Shown: positions 8,556-20,607 of the stretch, one piece after another
Layout: every line of letters starts with the position of its first letter
Position numbering within the stretch: position 1 is the stretch's first letter
Assembly: GCA_002791275.1 (NCBI GenBank)
Contig: PFWT01000009.1
Span: 72,797 to 136,796 of the forward strand
From: Candidatus Uhrbacteria bacterium CG_4_9_14_3_um_filter_41_35
Lineage (GTDB): Bacteria; Patescibacteriota; Patescibacteriia; UBA9934
Reading direction: 5' to 3'
Length of the DNA: 64,000 bases
Program-made: the position numbers and the translations under genes
The notes under the pieces: generated by a model
Told to the model about the DNA's origin: nothing
Databases searched by the model: none
What the model saw: the letters and a program-made list of their open reading frames with translations, nothing else

Positions 8556-9386
8556 ATGAAATTTATTGACTCGCATTGCCACGTTCAATTTAGAGCTTAT
8601 CTAGACGATATGGACGAAGTAGTGAAGCGCTCACTCAGCGAAGATGTGTTCATGATTAGTATTGGTACGCAGTCAGATACATCAAAATCTGCCATTGAAT
8701 TAGCGGAGCGTTACGATGGCGTTTGGGCCACCATCGGACTTCACCCGAATCACTTACATAAACAGGAGTTTTTTGACACAAACGAGCAAATCAAAACTCG
8801 GTCTGAAACTTTCGACAGTGCTGTTTACGAAAAAATGGTTCAGCACGAGAAGGTTGTAGCAATCGGAGAGTTTGGTCTTGATTATTACCGAATTCCAGAC
8901 GGTTACGAGCCAAGTGTTGTTATTCAGGATCAGATTAACGACTGTATTAAGCAACTCAAATTTGCGTCAAAATATAATAAGCCAGTTGTAATCCACTGCA
9001 GGGATGCTCACGAAAAACAATTTGAGCTTCTTAAGAATGAAATTGATGCTGGTGGGCTTACAAAACGTGGGGTCATTCACTCATTCACCGGAAATGTTGA
9101 GGAGGCAACACGGTACGCGGAACTAGAATTTTATATTGGAGTTAACGGGATCTTAACTTTTTCAAAAGAACTCCAAGCAGTTATTAAAGAAGTTCCGCTT
9201 GAACAGTTAGTTATTGAAACCGATGCGCCGTACCTCACACTGCCACCATTTCGAGGCAAACGCAACGAACCTCGCTACGTAAAATACGTTGCCGAACTTT
9301 TAGCAGAGATAAAAGGAGTTACCGTGGAAGAGATAGCTGAAGTTACTGCAAAAAATACAATCAAATTATTTAATCTGCCACTTTAA
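8556..9386 (+). CDS. tatD: TatD-family metal-dependent DNase/hydrolase
   Basis: 276 aa starting MKFIDSHCHVQF. The TatD HxH metal motif and conserved GEFGLDYY are present. Confidence 0.9.
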   Translation: MKFIDSHCHVQFRAYLDDMDEVVKRSLSEDVFMISIGTQSDTSKSAIELAERYDGVWATIGLHPNHLHKQEFFDTNEQIKTRSETFDSAVYEKMVQHEKVVAIGEFGLDYYRIPDGYEPSVVIQDQINDCIKQLKFASKYNKPVVIHCRDAHEKQFELLKNEIDAGGLTKRGVIHSFTGNVEEATRYAELEFYIGVNGILTFSKELQAVIKEVPLEQLVIETDAPYLTLPPFRGKRNEPRYVKYVAELLAEIKGVTVEEIAEVTAKNTIKLFNLPL

Positions 9387-9394
9387 TCCACAGA

Positions 9395-9436
9395 AAACAA
9401 ACAAACAACCGCCGTTTTTGACGGTTGTTTGTTTTC
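9395..9436 (+). terminator. terminator-like hairpin after tatD
   Basis: An 11 bp stem acaaacaaccg/cggttgtttgt is followed by a short T-run. Confidence 0.4.
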
Positions 9437-9450
9437 AAATTCATTTTCTA

Positions 9451-9479
9451 TTGACCTACAGTGTATTACAGGCTATACT
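9451..9479 (+). promoter_or_regulatory. sigma70-like promoter of the atp operon (TTGACC-17-TATACT)
   Basis: The -35 TTGACC is at 9451-9456 and the -10 TATACT at 9474-9479, with a 17 nt spacer. Confidence 0.35.
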
Positions 9480-9540
9480 TTTTGCGGTTTGTTTTTGGTT
9501 ATGTATATCTAAACTGAAAACAATAAACAGTTCTGTGGTT

Positions 9541-9780
9541 ATGAAATTCTACACACTTAAACATCGGCTAACTACGCTTTTTGCAACTACAGTGATTATC
9601 GCAATTTTTGCGCTTGCCGGCTATTTTATCGGTAAAAAAGTTGGGAATGTTAACTTGTTTATCATGCTCGGAGTGTTAATTTCCTACCCATTTTCCTTGT
9701 TTGGACTCACCAAGGTCTTAAAAGGATACGTTAAACAAGAAGAAAAAGAAGAAGACCTAATAGAAAAACAGGTGAAGTAA
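9541..9780 (+). CDS. small two-helix membrane protein preceding atpB (AtpZ/AtpI-like)
   Basis: The ORF track starts at a TTG at 9418 inside the tatD terminator. The ATG at 9541 gives about 80 aa with two hydrophobic helices, like the small PF09527-type proteins that precede atp operons. Confidence 0.4.
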   Translation: MKFYTLKHRLTTLFATTVIIAIFALAGYFIGKKVGNVNLFIMLGVLISYPFSLFGLTKVLKGYVKQEEKEEDLIEKQVK

Positions 9781-9781
9781 T

Positions 9782-10579
9782 ATGAAAGAAATCACAATCC
9801 CAGCAAAAATCATCTTTTCACTCGGTCCCGTACCAATTACAGATGCCAACCTCGGAGCTCTGCTCGTAACTCTCGGCATCTTCATAGTTGCATTCATGGC
9901 ATCGAGAAAATTCTCAATTATTCCAACACGAATTCAGATTGTCTTTGAAATGCTCACAGAGTACGTAATGGAACAACTTGAAAATGCTTTTGGTGACAAA
10001 GAACGAGCAAGAAACTTTTTCCCAATGTTCATCACTCTGCTCCTATTTCTAATAGTCGCTAACGAACTCTCACTGGTCCCGCTCATTTTCCAGATCACTT
10101 ATCAAGGTGACGACTTGTTCAGACTTCCAGCTTCAGACTTTTCACTGACGGTTGCGCTGGCACTTACAATTTTCGTCATTTCACACATAATGGCGCTCAA
10201 AATTTCACCAATCAATCACCTAAAAAATTTCATTGCAATTGAACCATTACTCAAGGCCCGCAAACCAATGGAGTTTTTCCAGGCAACGGTTGACTTCATG
10301 ATTGGTTTCCTAAACATCATTGGTGAATTTGCTAAAGTAATCTCGCTTTCGGCGCGTCTCTTCGGAAACCTATTCGCCGGTGAAGTGATGGTGATGGTGA
10401 TCATAAGTTTAGCCTCATTCACACGTTTTATTGTGCCGATACCTTTCATTGTTCTGTCGCAAATGGGTGGACTGGTTCAGGCTCTTGTCTTTTTTCTCCT
10501 CTCGATTCAATTTATTGCTCTTGCAATTGATGGCGCAACACCGCCAGCTGAAAGCAAGGAGCAACTAAGTCATTCCTAA
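9782..10579 (+). CDS. atpB: ATP synthase F0 subunit a
   Basis: 265 aa polytopic protein with the conserved LSARLFGNLFAGE stator arginine motif. Confidence 0.9.
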   Translation: MKEITIPAKIIFSLGPVPITDANLGALLVTLGIFIVAFMASRKFSIIPTRIQIVFEMLTEYVMEQLENAFGDKERARNFFPMFITLLLFLIVANELSLVPLIFQITYQGDDLFRLPASDFSLTVALALTIFVISHIMALKISPINHLKNFIAIEPLLKARKPMEFFQATVDFMIGFLNIIGEFAKVISLSARLFGNLFAGEVMVMVIISLASFTRFIVPIPFIVLSQMGGLVQALVFFLLSIQFIALAIDGATPPAESKEQLSHS

Positions 10580-10642
10580 GGAATGATCCTTGATCGATTG
10601 TAGAAATGTGATATTATCTCACTAAAATTAATAAATACTTAA

Positions 10643-10882
<240 letters not shown>

Positions 10883-10886
10883 ATCT

Positions 10887-11381
10887 ATGGAAGCACTTGG
10901 AAATTTAGGTATCGACGGCTATAGTATTCTCTTATATTTAGTGAACTTTGGTATTTTGATCGTTCTACTACAGCGTTTTGTCTATAAGCCAGTGCTAAAG
11001 TTCATAGATGAACGTCAGGAAAAAATTGAAAACAGTGTTAAACGAGCTGATGAAATTGAAAAGCGAGTTATCGCGATTGAATCAGAACGTGAGGAAATCA
11101 TTAAGGAAGCTAGAAGACAGGCTACTGAAACTGCAGAAAAAGCAAAAAACGAAGGTGATGCACGTCGAGACGAAATTATCTCTGCTGCAAAACGTGAAGT
11201 TGAACGGGTAGTTGCTTCTGGAAAGAAACAACTAGAGGAGGATCGAGCTGAAATGATGCGATCTGTTCGCAAAGATATTGTTGACATTGTAGTCAAAGCA
11301 TCTGCAAGAATTGTGTCGGACGCAATCGACGAGAAAAAATCTCAATCACTAGCTGAAGAAGTAGTAAGAAAAATGACCTAG
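10887..11381 (+). CDS. atpF: ATP synthase F0 subunit b
   Basis: 164 aa with an N-terminal TM helix then a long charged helix. Operon position supports the call. Confidence 0.8.
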   Translation: MEALGNLGIDGYSILLYLVNFGILIVLLQRFVYKPVLKFIDERQEKIENSVKRADEIEKRVIAIESEREEIIKEARRQATETAEKAKNEGDARRDEIISAAKREVERVVASGKKQLEEDRAEMMRSVRKDIVDIVVKASARIVSDAIDEKKSQSLAEEVVRKMT

Positions 11382-11382
11382 T

Positions 11383-11766
11383 ATGAAGCTTGATAATAAA
11401 AAATTAGCAAAAATACTAGTTGAGAGTCTTGAAAACGCTTCAGAAAGTGAACTACCTTCAATTACGAAGGAATTCGTAAGTTTTCTTGGTCAAAACCAAC
11501 TTTTAAGTTCATGGCGTGAAATAGAAGCGAACGTTCATAAGGTTTGGAAGGAAAAATACGGAGCTTCAAATGTCTCAATTATGCTGGCTCATAATTTGTC
11601 AAAAGAGGCTAAAGAGGCTCTAAGTAAGGTTGCGCAAGGAGCAGATGTTACAATTAAAGTTGATGATCGGCTCATTGGTGGGGCGATTATCCGAATTGAT
11701 GATATGAGAATAGATGGTTCAGTAACCGGAGCACTTAAGCGATTAAAACAAACATTGTTAGCGTAG
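11383..11766 (+). CDS. atpH: ATP synthase F1 subunit delta (short form, 127 aa)
   Basis: The C-terminal LIGGAIIRIDDMRIDGSVTGALKRL matches the delta/OSCP C-terminus. Operon position supports the call. Confidence 0.7.
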   Translation: MKLDNKKLAKILVESLENASESELPSITKEFVSFLGQNQLLSSWREIEANVHKVWKEKYGASNVSIMLAHNLSKEAKEALSKVAQGADVTIKVDDRLIGGAIIRIDDMRIDGSVTGALKRLKQTLLA

Positions 11767-11797
11767 GAAACCCTGTTAATTTCCTAAAACTGAAAAT

Positions 11798-13303
11798 ATG
11801 ACAAACAAGACAGATATAATTGGAGAGTTACGAAAGCAGGTCGAAGCTTTTAAAGTTGAATCAAAAATGGAGTCTGTAGGAACCGTACTTTCAGTTGCTG
11901 ACGGTGTGGTCCGAATGAGCGGACTTTCAAACGCAAAGTCACAGGAAATGCTTGAATTCCCTGGTGGAATCCTTGGTGTTGCTTTGAATATTGAAGAGGA
12001 AACAATCGGAGCTGTTGTGCTTGGAGAGTTTTCAAAAATTAACGAAGGTGATGTTGTAAAATCAACAGGTCAGGTGCTTTCAATCCCAGTTGGTGAAAAA
12101 GTGATTGGCCGAGTTGTGAGCCCGCTCGGGGTTGCACTAGACGGAAAAGGTGACATTCCTCAAGAAAAGATGCAACCAGTTGAACGAATTGCAGCTGGAG
12201 TTATGGCGCGAAAACCAGTTTCTGTGCCTTTGCAAACCGGAATTAAGGCGATTGACGCGCTGATTCCAATTGGGCGAGGACAGCGAGAACTTATTATTGG
12301 TGATCGTCAGACAGGAAAAACAGCTATCGCTATCGACACAATTATCAACCAAAAAGGCCAGGGCGTAAAATGTGTTTACGTCGCTATTGGTCAAAAAGAA
12401 TCAAAAATTGCCAGCATCCAAGCAAAACTTGAAGAGGCAGGTGCAATGGAATACACCACTATTGTTTTAGCTGGTGCTTCTGATCCTGCATCACTTAGCT
12501 ATATTGCTCCATACTCTGGTTGTGCAATTGCTGAGTACTTTATGGAAAAAGGGGAGGATGTACTTATCGTGTTTGATGACCTTTCAAAACACGCTTGGGC
12601 ATATCGAGAAATTTCTCTACTTTTAAGACGACCACCAGGACGAGAAGCGTACCCTGGAGATGTTTTCTATCTTCACTCAAGGCTTCTTGAACGATCAGCT
12701 CGCTTAAACGAAAAATTTGGTGGTGGATCAATTACTGCGTTACCGATTATTGAAACTCAGGGTGGTGATGTTTCTGCATACATTCCAACTAACGTGATTT
12801 CTATCACAGACGGTCAGATCTACCTTGAATCAGATCTATTTTTCAAAGGTCAGCGACCAGCTCTAAACATTGGACTTTCTGTATCTCGTGTCGGATCTGC
12901 AGCTCAAACTAAAGCGATTAAGGGCGTGTCCAAGACTCTTAAAGTTGATTTAGCTCAGTTTAGAGAGCTTGAGGCTTTTGCGCAGTTTGCCTCGGACCTT
13001 GATGAAGCAACTAAGAGCCAGATCGAACGTGGTCGAAGAGCTATGCAGGTTATGAAGCAAGATCAGTACGCTCCACTTTCAGTAGCCGAGCAGACTGTGA
13101 TTGTTTACGCGCTAAACAGTGGAAACCTAGACGATATCGACGTAGACAAAATCAACGAATTTGAGGCAAAATTCCTTGAATATATGAACACAGCAGGCCA
13201 CACTGTAATGAACGCAATCACTGAAACACTTCAGGTTTCAGACGAAACTAAAGCTGAACTAGAAGAACGAATTAAGGAATTCAAATCAACTTTCGAAAAC
13301 TAG
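11798..13303 (+). CDS. atpA: ATP synthase F1 subunit alpha
   Basis: 501 aa with Walker A GDRQTGKT and the alpha signature region. Confidence 0.95.
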   Translation: MTNKTDIIGELRKQVEAFKVESKMESVGTVLSVADGVVRMSGLSNAKSQEMLEFPGGILGVALNIEEETIGAVVLGEFSKINEGDVVKSTGQVLSIPVGEKVIGRVVSPLGVALDGKGDIPQEKMQPVERIAAGVMARKPVSVPLQTGIKAIDALIPIGRGQRELIIGDRQTGKTAIAIDTIINQKGQGVKCVYVAIGQKESKIASIQAKLEEAGAMEYTTIVLAGASDPASLSYIAPYSGCAIAEYFMEKGEDVLIVFDDLSKHAWAYREISLLLRRPPGREAYPGDVFYLHSRLLERSARLNEKFGGGSITALPIIETQGGDVSAYIPTNVISITDGQIYLESDLFFKGQRPALNIGLSVSRVGSAAQTKAIKGVSKTLKVDLAQFRELEAFAQFASDLDEATKSQIERGRRAMQVMKQDQYAPLSVAEQTVIVYALNSGNLDDIDVDKINEFEAKFLEYMNTAGHTVMNAITETLQVSDETKAELEERIKEFKSTFEN

Positions 13304-13371
13304 TTCTAGTTTTCAGCACATAAAAGGGGCTGTCACTCAAAACGATAACGCGCATAACTCTAAATTAATGT

Positions 13372-15637
<2,266 letters not shown>

Positions 15638-15639
15638 TT

Positions 15640-16059
15640 ATGTCCAAAATCTCACTTAAAGTTGTCACACCTGAAAGAATCGTTTTCGAAGATTCGGTCG
15701 ACTCTATTTTGGTTAACACTGAAATGGGTGAGATTATGGTTCTCGCTCATCACACACCAATAGTTTCTCTGCTCCGAGCTGGTGAAATGATTCTCTCAGA
15801 TAACGGTAATGAAACGAGTTTGGCAGTTTCTACTGGTATGATCGAGGTTCGCGAAAATAGTCAGGTTATCGTTCTTGCAGACACTGCAGAGCGCTCAGAA
15901 GAGCTTGAGCTCGAGGTAATCGAAGAAGCTAAAAAACAAGCGCAGGCTCGAGTAGAGGAGGCTGAAAACAGCCACAACGAAGAGTTTGCTCTTGCTGCAG
16001 CTAACCTTGAAAGAGAACTCGCTAGACATAAAGTTGCACTAAAAAAACGACATCGATAA
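15640..16059 (+). CDS. atpC: ATP synthase F1 subunit epsilon
   Basis: 139 aa. Operon position and an N-terminal beta-sandwich-like sequence support the call. Confidence 0.8.
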   Translation: MSKISLKVVTPERIVFEDSVDSILVNTEMGEIMVLAHHTPIVSLLRAGEMILSDNGNETSLAVSTGMIEVRENSQVIVLADTAERSEELELEVIEEAKKQAQARVEEAENSHNEEFALAAANLERELARHKVALKKRHR

Positions 16060-16062
16060 TTT

Positions 16063-16091
16063 AAAAACTGGTGCTAAGCGCCAGTTTTTTT
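16063..16091 (+). terminator. intrinsic terminator of the atp operon
   Basis: A 9 bp stem aactggtgc/gcgccagtt (one G-U pair) is followed by T7. Confidence 0.55.
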
Positions 16092-16150
16092 GTTAAATTT
16101 TGACATTGAATATTTAGCCTGTTAGTGTAAGTATCTATTCGGAGGCTGAA

Positions 16151-16726
16151 ATGAGTGTGAAGTACATCATAGTTTTGTGTGATGAACTTGACTTAACTCC
16201 CACGTTTAATCACGTGATCGCACACTTTTGCTACAAACTATCCAAATTTGATGGCTTGCAAGATGCCAGTAAAGTCTCTTACATGCTCCTAAGATCAAGG
16301 TCAGCGGTTCATACAATCGCCACACAGGAAAATATCAGCAAAAGGGATTTGGATCCGGAATCAGCTGGGCAAAATCTGCTCAACATCATTGCCCAAAACC
16401 TCGTTCAAAGTCCGATTGCTTCGCATAATTTCGTTATCTTACTTTCACACTACGGCTGTGAATCTGTTCGTCTTATTCGGGCTGGAAACGAGAGGCGATT
16501 CTCAGAGCTTCAGTACCACATCGAAAGTCTGACCAGCGCACAAAATACTGTCCTTAACCGTATGGATGGTTTTATGTGCCTTTTTCCAGCAGTTGTTGAT
16601 GTTGTTCCGGCTGTATTAAAAACGCACCGAGACGGCAAGATGCTTATTCACGGTTTACCTGCTGTGAAACTAATGCGCCAGTGTGAGTTAAGACGAAGAC
16701 GCGAGCGACTAAAACAACGACGTTGA
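16151..16726 (+). CDS. hypothetical cytoplasmic protein with Arg-rich C-terminus
   Basis: 191 aa. A strong SD (GGAGG) lies 5 nt upstream. It is its own unit, bounded by the atp terminator and a downstream hairpin plus T6 at 16739-16763. No family recognised. Confidence 0.45.
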   Translation: MSVKYIIVLCDELDLTPTFNHVIAHFCYKLSKFDGLQDASKVSYMLLRSRSAVHTIATQENISKRDLDPESAGQNLLNIIAQNLVQSPIASHNFVILLSHYGCESVRLIRAGNERRFSELQYHIESLTSAQNTVLNRMDGFMCLFPAVVDVVPAVLKTHRDGKMLIHGLPAVKLMRQCELRRRRERLKQRR

Positions 16727-16738
16727 AATTCCAGGCTT

Positions 16739-16763
16739 GACCACTATAATTGTGGTCTTTTTT
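16739..16763 (+). terminator. hairpin plus T6, terminator-like
   Basis: The stem gaccac and its partner gtggtc are separated by the loop tataatt and followed by tttttt. Confidence 0.4.
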
Positions 16764-16768
16764 ATTCT

Positions 16769-16797
16769 TTGTCATTTTAATTTTGAGGTGCTAAGAT
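16769..16797 (+). promoter_or_regulatory. sigma70-like promoter (TTGTCA-17-TAAGAT) 9 nt upstream of the ATG at 16807
   Basis: The -35 is at 16769-16774 and the -10 at 16792-16797. There is no SD and the leader is at most 9 nt. Confidence 0.4.
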
Positions 16798-16806
16798 ACA
16801 GTTAAT

Positions 16807-17355
16807 ATGACTGATTGGAAGCCAAACTCTAATAAAAAGTGGAACAACAATCAATATCAAGATTGGAATAAGGGTAATGCCAAAAAAGCCTGGAATGCAG
16901 ACGATCCAACAAAAAAATGGCTTTCAAAAGAAGATTGGATTCAAGAACAAATTAGAAAAAGTAAAACAAAAAAAGACGTAAAAAAGTGGGAAGGCGCAAA
17001 AAAAATTGCCAAAAATCGCGTGAAGTTCCGAAAGGAACCGCTACCACTTGCCGCTATCGCCGCGAGTGCTTTTTTAAAACGTCACGGAATTGAACGGCAA
17101 GTTACGTCATCACTCATTGTAAACGAGGCAAACGCGCAACTTAAAAGCGTGCTCGACCTTTATGCTCAGCCAGATGTGCGAGCTGTCTCTTTTCGTAACT
17201 TTGAACTTTTCATTGCCTGCAGACACCCGGCAGCGGTGCACGCCGTTCACCCATTTACCGATGGTTTAAAAGAGCATCTCGAATCCGCTTTTGGCTCAAT
17301 CACAATATCAAAAGTTACTTGCAGATTCAGTCCACAGAGTTTTGATGATCTGTGA
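16807..17355 (+). CDS. DciA-like (DUF721) protein with Trp/Lys-repeat N-terminal extension
   Basis: 182 aa. The C-terminal ~95 aa (LKRHGIERQVTSSLIVNEANAQLKSVLDLYAQPDVRAVSFRNFELFIACRHPAAVHAVHPFTDGLKEHLESAFGSITISKVTCRF) follows the DUF721/DciA pattern. The N-terminal 80 aa carry about six K-K-W/D-W repeats. Confidence 0.45.
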   Translation: MTDWKPNSNKKWNNNQYQDWNKGNAKKAWNADDPTKKWLSKEDWIQEQIRKSKTKKDVKKWEGAKKIAKNRVKFRKEPLPLAAIAASAFLKRHGIERQVTSSLIVNEANAQLKSVLDLYAQPDVRAVSFRNFELFIACRHPAAVHAVHPFTDGLKEHLESAFGSITISKVTCRFSPQSFDDL

Positions 17356-17361
17356 TATAAT

Positions 17362-18261
17362 TTGATCATGATCACGGCAATATTAAGCTCAAGGTTATTT
17401 ACTGTGTTTACATTTGGATTAACACTGATTTTTATTTTTTCATTGCCTCTTAAAATAGAATCTCAAACATCATATTTGCCTTTTGTCGACTCTGTGCAGA
17501 TCAGCACTACTGCCTACAGCGCAAACGAAAACCCAATGGTCCTTTCAAGCGTTGGGTCAACAACAACTTTTCACATCAATGGCGTGGTTTCTGATCAAAA
17601 CGGTTGGACCGATATTAGTACCGTTACCGCATCACTTTACCGATCCGGCGTGGGTTCTTGGTGCACGGCTAACAATAATAATTGTTACTTCCATCCAGCC
17701 TGTATGTTTTCAAATAGCACTGGCACTATCCGTAGTTTTGATTGCGCTATTGAAGTTGCAAACTATGCGGAGCCTACAGACTCAGGCAGTATTTACTCAG
17801 CTGAAACCTGGAATGCCAATGTTATCGTTGAAGATTTAAGTGCACTCACCGGCACTAATTCAACTACAAACGAACTCCTGTCACTTCTTTCGGTCTCAAC
17901 CACAAATTCGATTGATTACGGTAATATGCCTGTTAACCAAACCAGTACCTCTAGCGCTACCCTCATTATAACCAATAGGGGAAACGTGAACATCGACGTC
18001 ACGATCGCGTCAGACGGTATGACCTGCACTGTTGGCTCATTACCTGCATATTTACAAAAATGGGATTTAGCAGATGTTGACTATACCAGTATGCAGAAAA
18101 CCTTGGGAGCGACCGGCCAGCTAGCTGGACTGAATTTACTAAAACAAACCTCGAGTCAAACTGCATCAACCGGTACTCTTTATTGGCGTATTAAAATTCC
18201 GTATGGCGTTGCAGGTGGCGTTTGTTCTGGCGCAACCTACATAAGTGCTTCACAAATCTAA
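17362..18261 (+). CDS. secreted/membrane-anchored Ser/Thr/Asn-rich protein
   Basis: 299 aa. The track start at 17362 is a TTG; the ATG at 17368 sits 6 nt after an extended -10 (TGaTATAAT at 17353-17361). An N-terminal hydrophobic anchor is followed by an S/T/N-rich ectodomain with 6 Cys. Confidence 0.5.
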   Translation: MIMITAILSSRLFTVFTFGLTLIFIFSLPLKIESQTSYLPFVDSVQISTTAYSANENPMVLSSVGSTTTFHINGVVSDQNGWTDISTVTASLYRSGVGSWCTANNNNCYFHPACMFSNSTGTIRSFDCAIEVANYAEPTDSGSIYSAETWNANVIVEDLSALTGTNSTTNELLSLLSVSTTNSIDYGNMPVNQTSTSSATLIITNRGNVNIDVTIASDGMTCTVGSLPAYLQKWDLADVDYTSMQKTLGATGQLAGLNLLKQTSSQTASTGTLYWRIKIPYGVAGGVCSGATYISASQI

Positions 18262-18655
18262 TATGAATCTCCGGCAATATATTTTGATCTTCATTTTTGG
18301 AACTCTGATCGCGTGGTCAGCTTGGATTATTGTCTTACTTAATATCGATCCAATTTCTTCTGGCTTGCCTGCACTTATAATCTTTTACATCACACTATTT
18401 GCCGGTCTCATGGGCTTCTTTATAACCATAAGTACAGTTATAAGAGCCTACCGCTTCAAAGAACGGGAGCTTGAGGATATTATCATTATTTCACTCAGAC
18501 AAAGCCTAATGCTTACAATTTTGCTCGAAGGAGCGCTCGTTTTGCTGAGCATTGAAAAACTGAATTATTTATCGATTGGCCTCATCATCTCTTTACTTGC
18601 CGTTATTGAATTTACCGCTTTAACCTTTAAACATGGGAGGAAACACACACATTAA
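18245..18655 (+). CDS. hypothetical polytopic membrane protein (4 predicted TM helices)
   Basis: 136 aa. It overlaps the upstream gene by 17 nt, suggesting translational coupling. Confidence 0.45.
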   Translation: MLHKSNMNLRQYILIFIFGTLIAWSAWIIVLLNIDPISSGLPALIIFYITLFAGLMGFFITISTVIRAYRFKERELEDIIIISLRQSLMLTILLEGALVLLSIEKLNYLSIGLIISLLAVIEFTALTFKHGRKHTH

Positions 18656-18675
18656 AGTGCACAATTTTTCTAGCC

Positions 18676-18704
18676 TTGCCAGAGGGTACAGCATTAGATA
18701 AGAT
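18676..18704 (+). promoter_or_regulatory. sigma70-like promoter of mreB operon (TTGCCA-17-TAAGAT)
   Basis: The -35 is at 18676-18681 and the -10 at 18699-18704. A GGAG SD lies 9 nt before the ATG at 18728. Confidence 0.35.
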
Positions 18705-18727
18705 GGGCTCCTAAGTGGAGTCATTTT

Positions 18728-19780
18728 ATGTTGAATAAATTTCTTGGTAGATTTTCAGAGGATATTGGTATTGATCTTGGTACATCAAATACCCGAGTTT
18801 TTGTTGCAGGGAAGGATATAGTCATCAACGAACCTTCGATTGTGGCACTTAACTCAAGAACGAACCAAATTATCGCCGTTGGACATGCAGCCAAAGATAT
18901 GCTCGGCAAAACCCCGCCACATATTCAAACCACAAGACCACTCACGAAAGGAGTGATTTCAGATTTCGAAGTGGCGGAAAAAATGCTCAAATACTTCATT
19001 GATAAGATTCACGAAGATTCTTTTACAATCGTTCCGCGACCTCGAGTTGTGATTGGCTCTCCGCTTGAGATCACCGAAGTGGAACGCAAAGCCGTTGAAG
19101 ACGCAGCTATAAATGCCGGAGCTCGGCAGGTTTTTTTGGTTGAAAACTCTATAGCTGCAGCGATTGGTGCGCGTCTGCCAATTTCAGAATCAGTTGGGAA
19201 TATGATTGTTGATATCGGTGGTGGAACTACTGAAATTGCAGTTATTTCACTCGGCGGAGTGGTAACCTGGAAATCACTTACGATAGCTGGCGAGGAAATG
19301 ACGAAGAATATTACGCAGTATGCTCGCGATGTTTTCAACTTATTAGTTGGTGAGCGGGTGGCTGAAACTGTTAAGTGGCGAATCGGGAGTGCCATTCCGC
19401 TCGAAAACGAGATCGAGCTCGAGATGCGAGGACGCGATCTTATCACTGGTTTGCCAAAGCAGATTATTGTGAACGATGGTCAGATTCGAGAAAGTATTAT
19501 GAAGTCTGTACGCACAATTGTTGATAATATCAAGACCACTCTTGAAGTCACGCCACCTGAACTCGTAGCTGATATTTATGAACGTGGTATTGTCCTAACT
19601 GGGGGAGGAGCGCTCCTTAAAGGTCTTGATCGGCTGATTTCAAAAGAGGCGGATATTCCAGTCCGCATTGCAGAGAATCCCGAGATTTGTGTTGCGCTTG
19701 GCACTGGGGAACTTCTCCAAAATAACGCGCTACTTAAAGACATAGCCCTCCCTTCAACTTCCGACGAAGGCTACTCCTAA
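18728..19780 (+). CDS. mreB: rod shape-determining protein MreB
   Basis: 350 aa actin-fold ATPase with GIDLGTSNTRVF, DIGGGTTEIAVIS and LTGGGALL. Confidence 0.95.
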   Translation: MLNKFLGRFSEDIGIDLGTSNTRVFVAGKDIVINEPSIVALNSRTNQIIAVGHAAKDMLGKTPPHIQTTRPLTKGVISDFEVAEKMLKYFIDKIHEDSFTIVPRPRVVIGSPLEITEVERKAVEDAAINAGARQVFLVENSIAAAIGARLPISESVGNMIVDIGGGTTEIAVISLGGVVTWKSLTIAGEEMTKNITQYARDVFNLLVGERVAETVKWRIGSAIPLENEIELEMRGRDLITGLPKQIIVNDGQIRESIMKSVRTIVDNIKTTLEVTPPELVADIYERGIVLTGGGALLKGLDRLISKEADIPVRIAENPEICVALGTGELLQNNALLKDIALPSTSDEGYS

Positions 19781-20607
19781 TGGCTTTTCTCCCCACAAAA
19801 ATTCCAGAGAATCTAAAAAAATTCATCCGACCGGCTTCGGTAATTTTTGGGGTTGTGATGCTTTTTTTAATGCTTAACTCGTTTAGTCTTACTTCAAGAA
19901 TGAGCAACGACACACAAGCTGGACTCTTTGCAGTAGGTTCACATGTTCAAACAATCTACAAAAAAATGTTTTCATCAAAAACAGAAATTATTGATGAAGG
20001 AAACCACTATAAATATTTGGTCACAAACCAAACACTAAACGAGGTACGATTGTTCGAGGCCGAAAAAAAAGTAAACGAGTTACAAAACTTACTTAACTAC
20101 AAGGCTTCACAGCCATACAAAACTATTACAGCCGATATTATTGCTCGCTCAGTAGCTGGCGAGAGTTCAATACTCATTGATCAGGGTGCAGAAGAAGGGC
20201 TTCGAGCAGGCTTACCCGTGGTTGTTGGGGATGGTTATATTATCGGAACAATTATCAGTACTCAGCCTCACAGATCAACCGTGAGACTACTGCGAGACTC
20301 AAATAGCAGCATTCCCTCTGCTTTATTAAACGGCAAAAAAGTAATGGGGCTTGTGAGTGGTCTTGATAGTTTTTTGCTATTTATGGATTATATCCCGCAG
20401 AGTGAAGAAGTAGGTAGCCAGATGATAGTTGTTACCTCAGGTTTAGATAAAAATATACCGTCAGGGTTAGTGATTGGCATTATTGACTCAGTTGTTGAAA
20501 ACGCCACAGCGCCGTTTAAGCAGGCCTACGTTGATCCGGTGATTGATGTTTTTGATTACCGCAGTGTGCTCATTCTTGATCCTCAAGCTGAAATATATGC
20601 TGAATAA
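19780..20607 (+). CDS. mreC: rod shape-determining protein MreC
   Basis: 275 aa with an N-terminal TM helix, a coiled coil, and beta-rich repeats carrying the VVTSGLDKNIPSGLVIG motif. Its start overlaps the mreB stop (TAATG). Confidence 0.8.
   Translation: MAFLPTKIPENLKKFIRPASVIFGVVMLFLMLNSFSLTSRMSNDTQAGLFAVGSHVQTIYKKMFSSKTEIIDEGNHYKYLVTNQTLNEVRLFEAEKKVNELQNLLNYKASQPYKTITADIIARSVAGESSILIDQGAEEGLRAGLPVVVGDGYIIGTIISTQPHRSTVRLLRDSNSSIPSALLNGKKVMGLVSGLDSFLLFMDYIPQSEEVGSQMIVVTSGLDKNIPSGLVIGIIDSVVENATAPFKQAYVDPVIDVFDYRSVLILDPQAEIYAE

Noticed and set aside
9418-9540. TTG/GTG-initiated N-terminal extensions proposed by the ORF track (9418 for the AtpZ-like gene, 1793, 17362, 33954, 23643, 43025, 20543, 25186, 63828)
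   Set aside because: Each extension overlaps an upstream terminator or upstream gene end, or precedes a promoter -10 element. An internal ATG with a better context gives a protein matching family N-termini. The coordinates were adjusted in the feature table.
17483-19446. ORFs 17483..17839, 18721..18909 and 19009..19446
   Set aside because: They are nested in the 17362 secreted-protein gene and in mreB respectively, and mreB identity is unambiguous.
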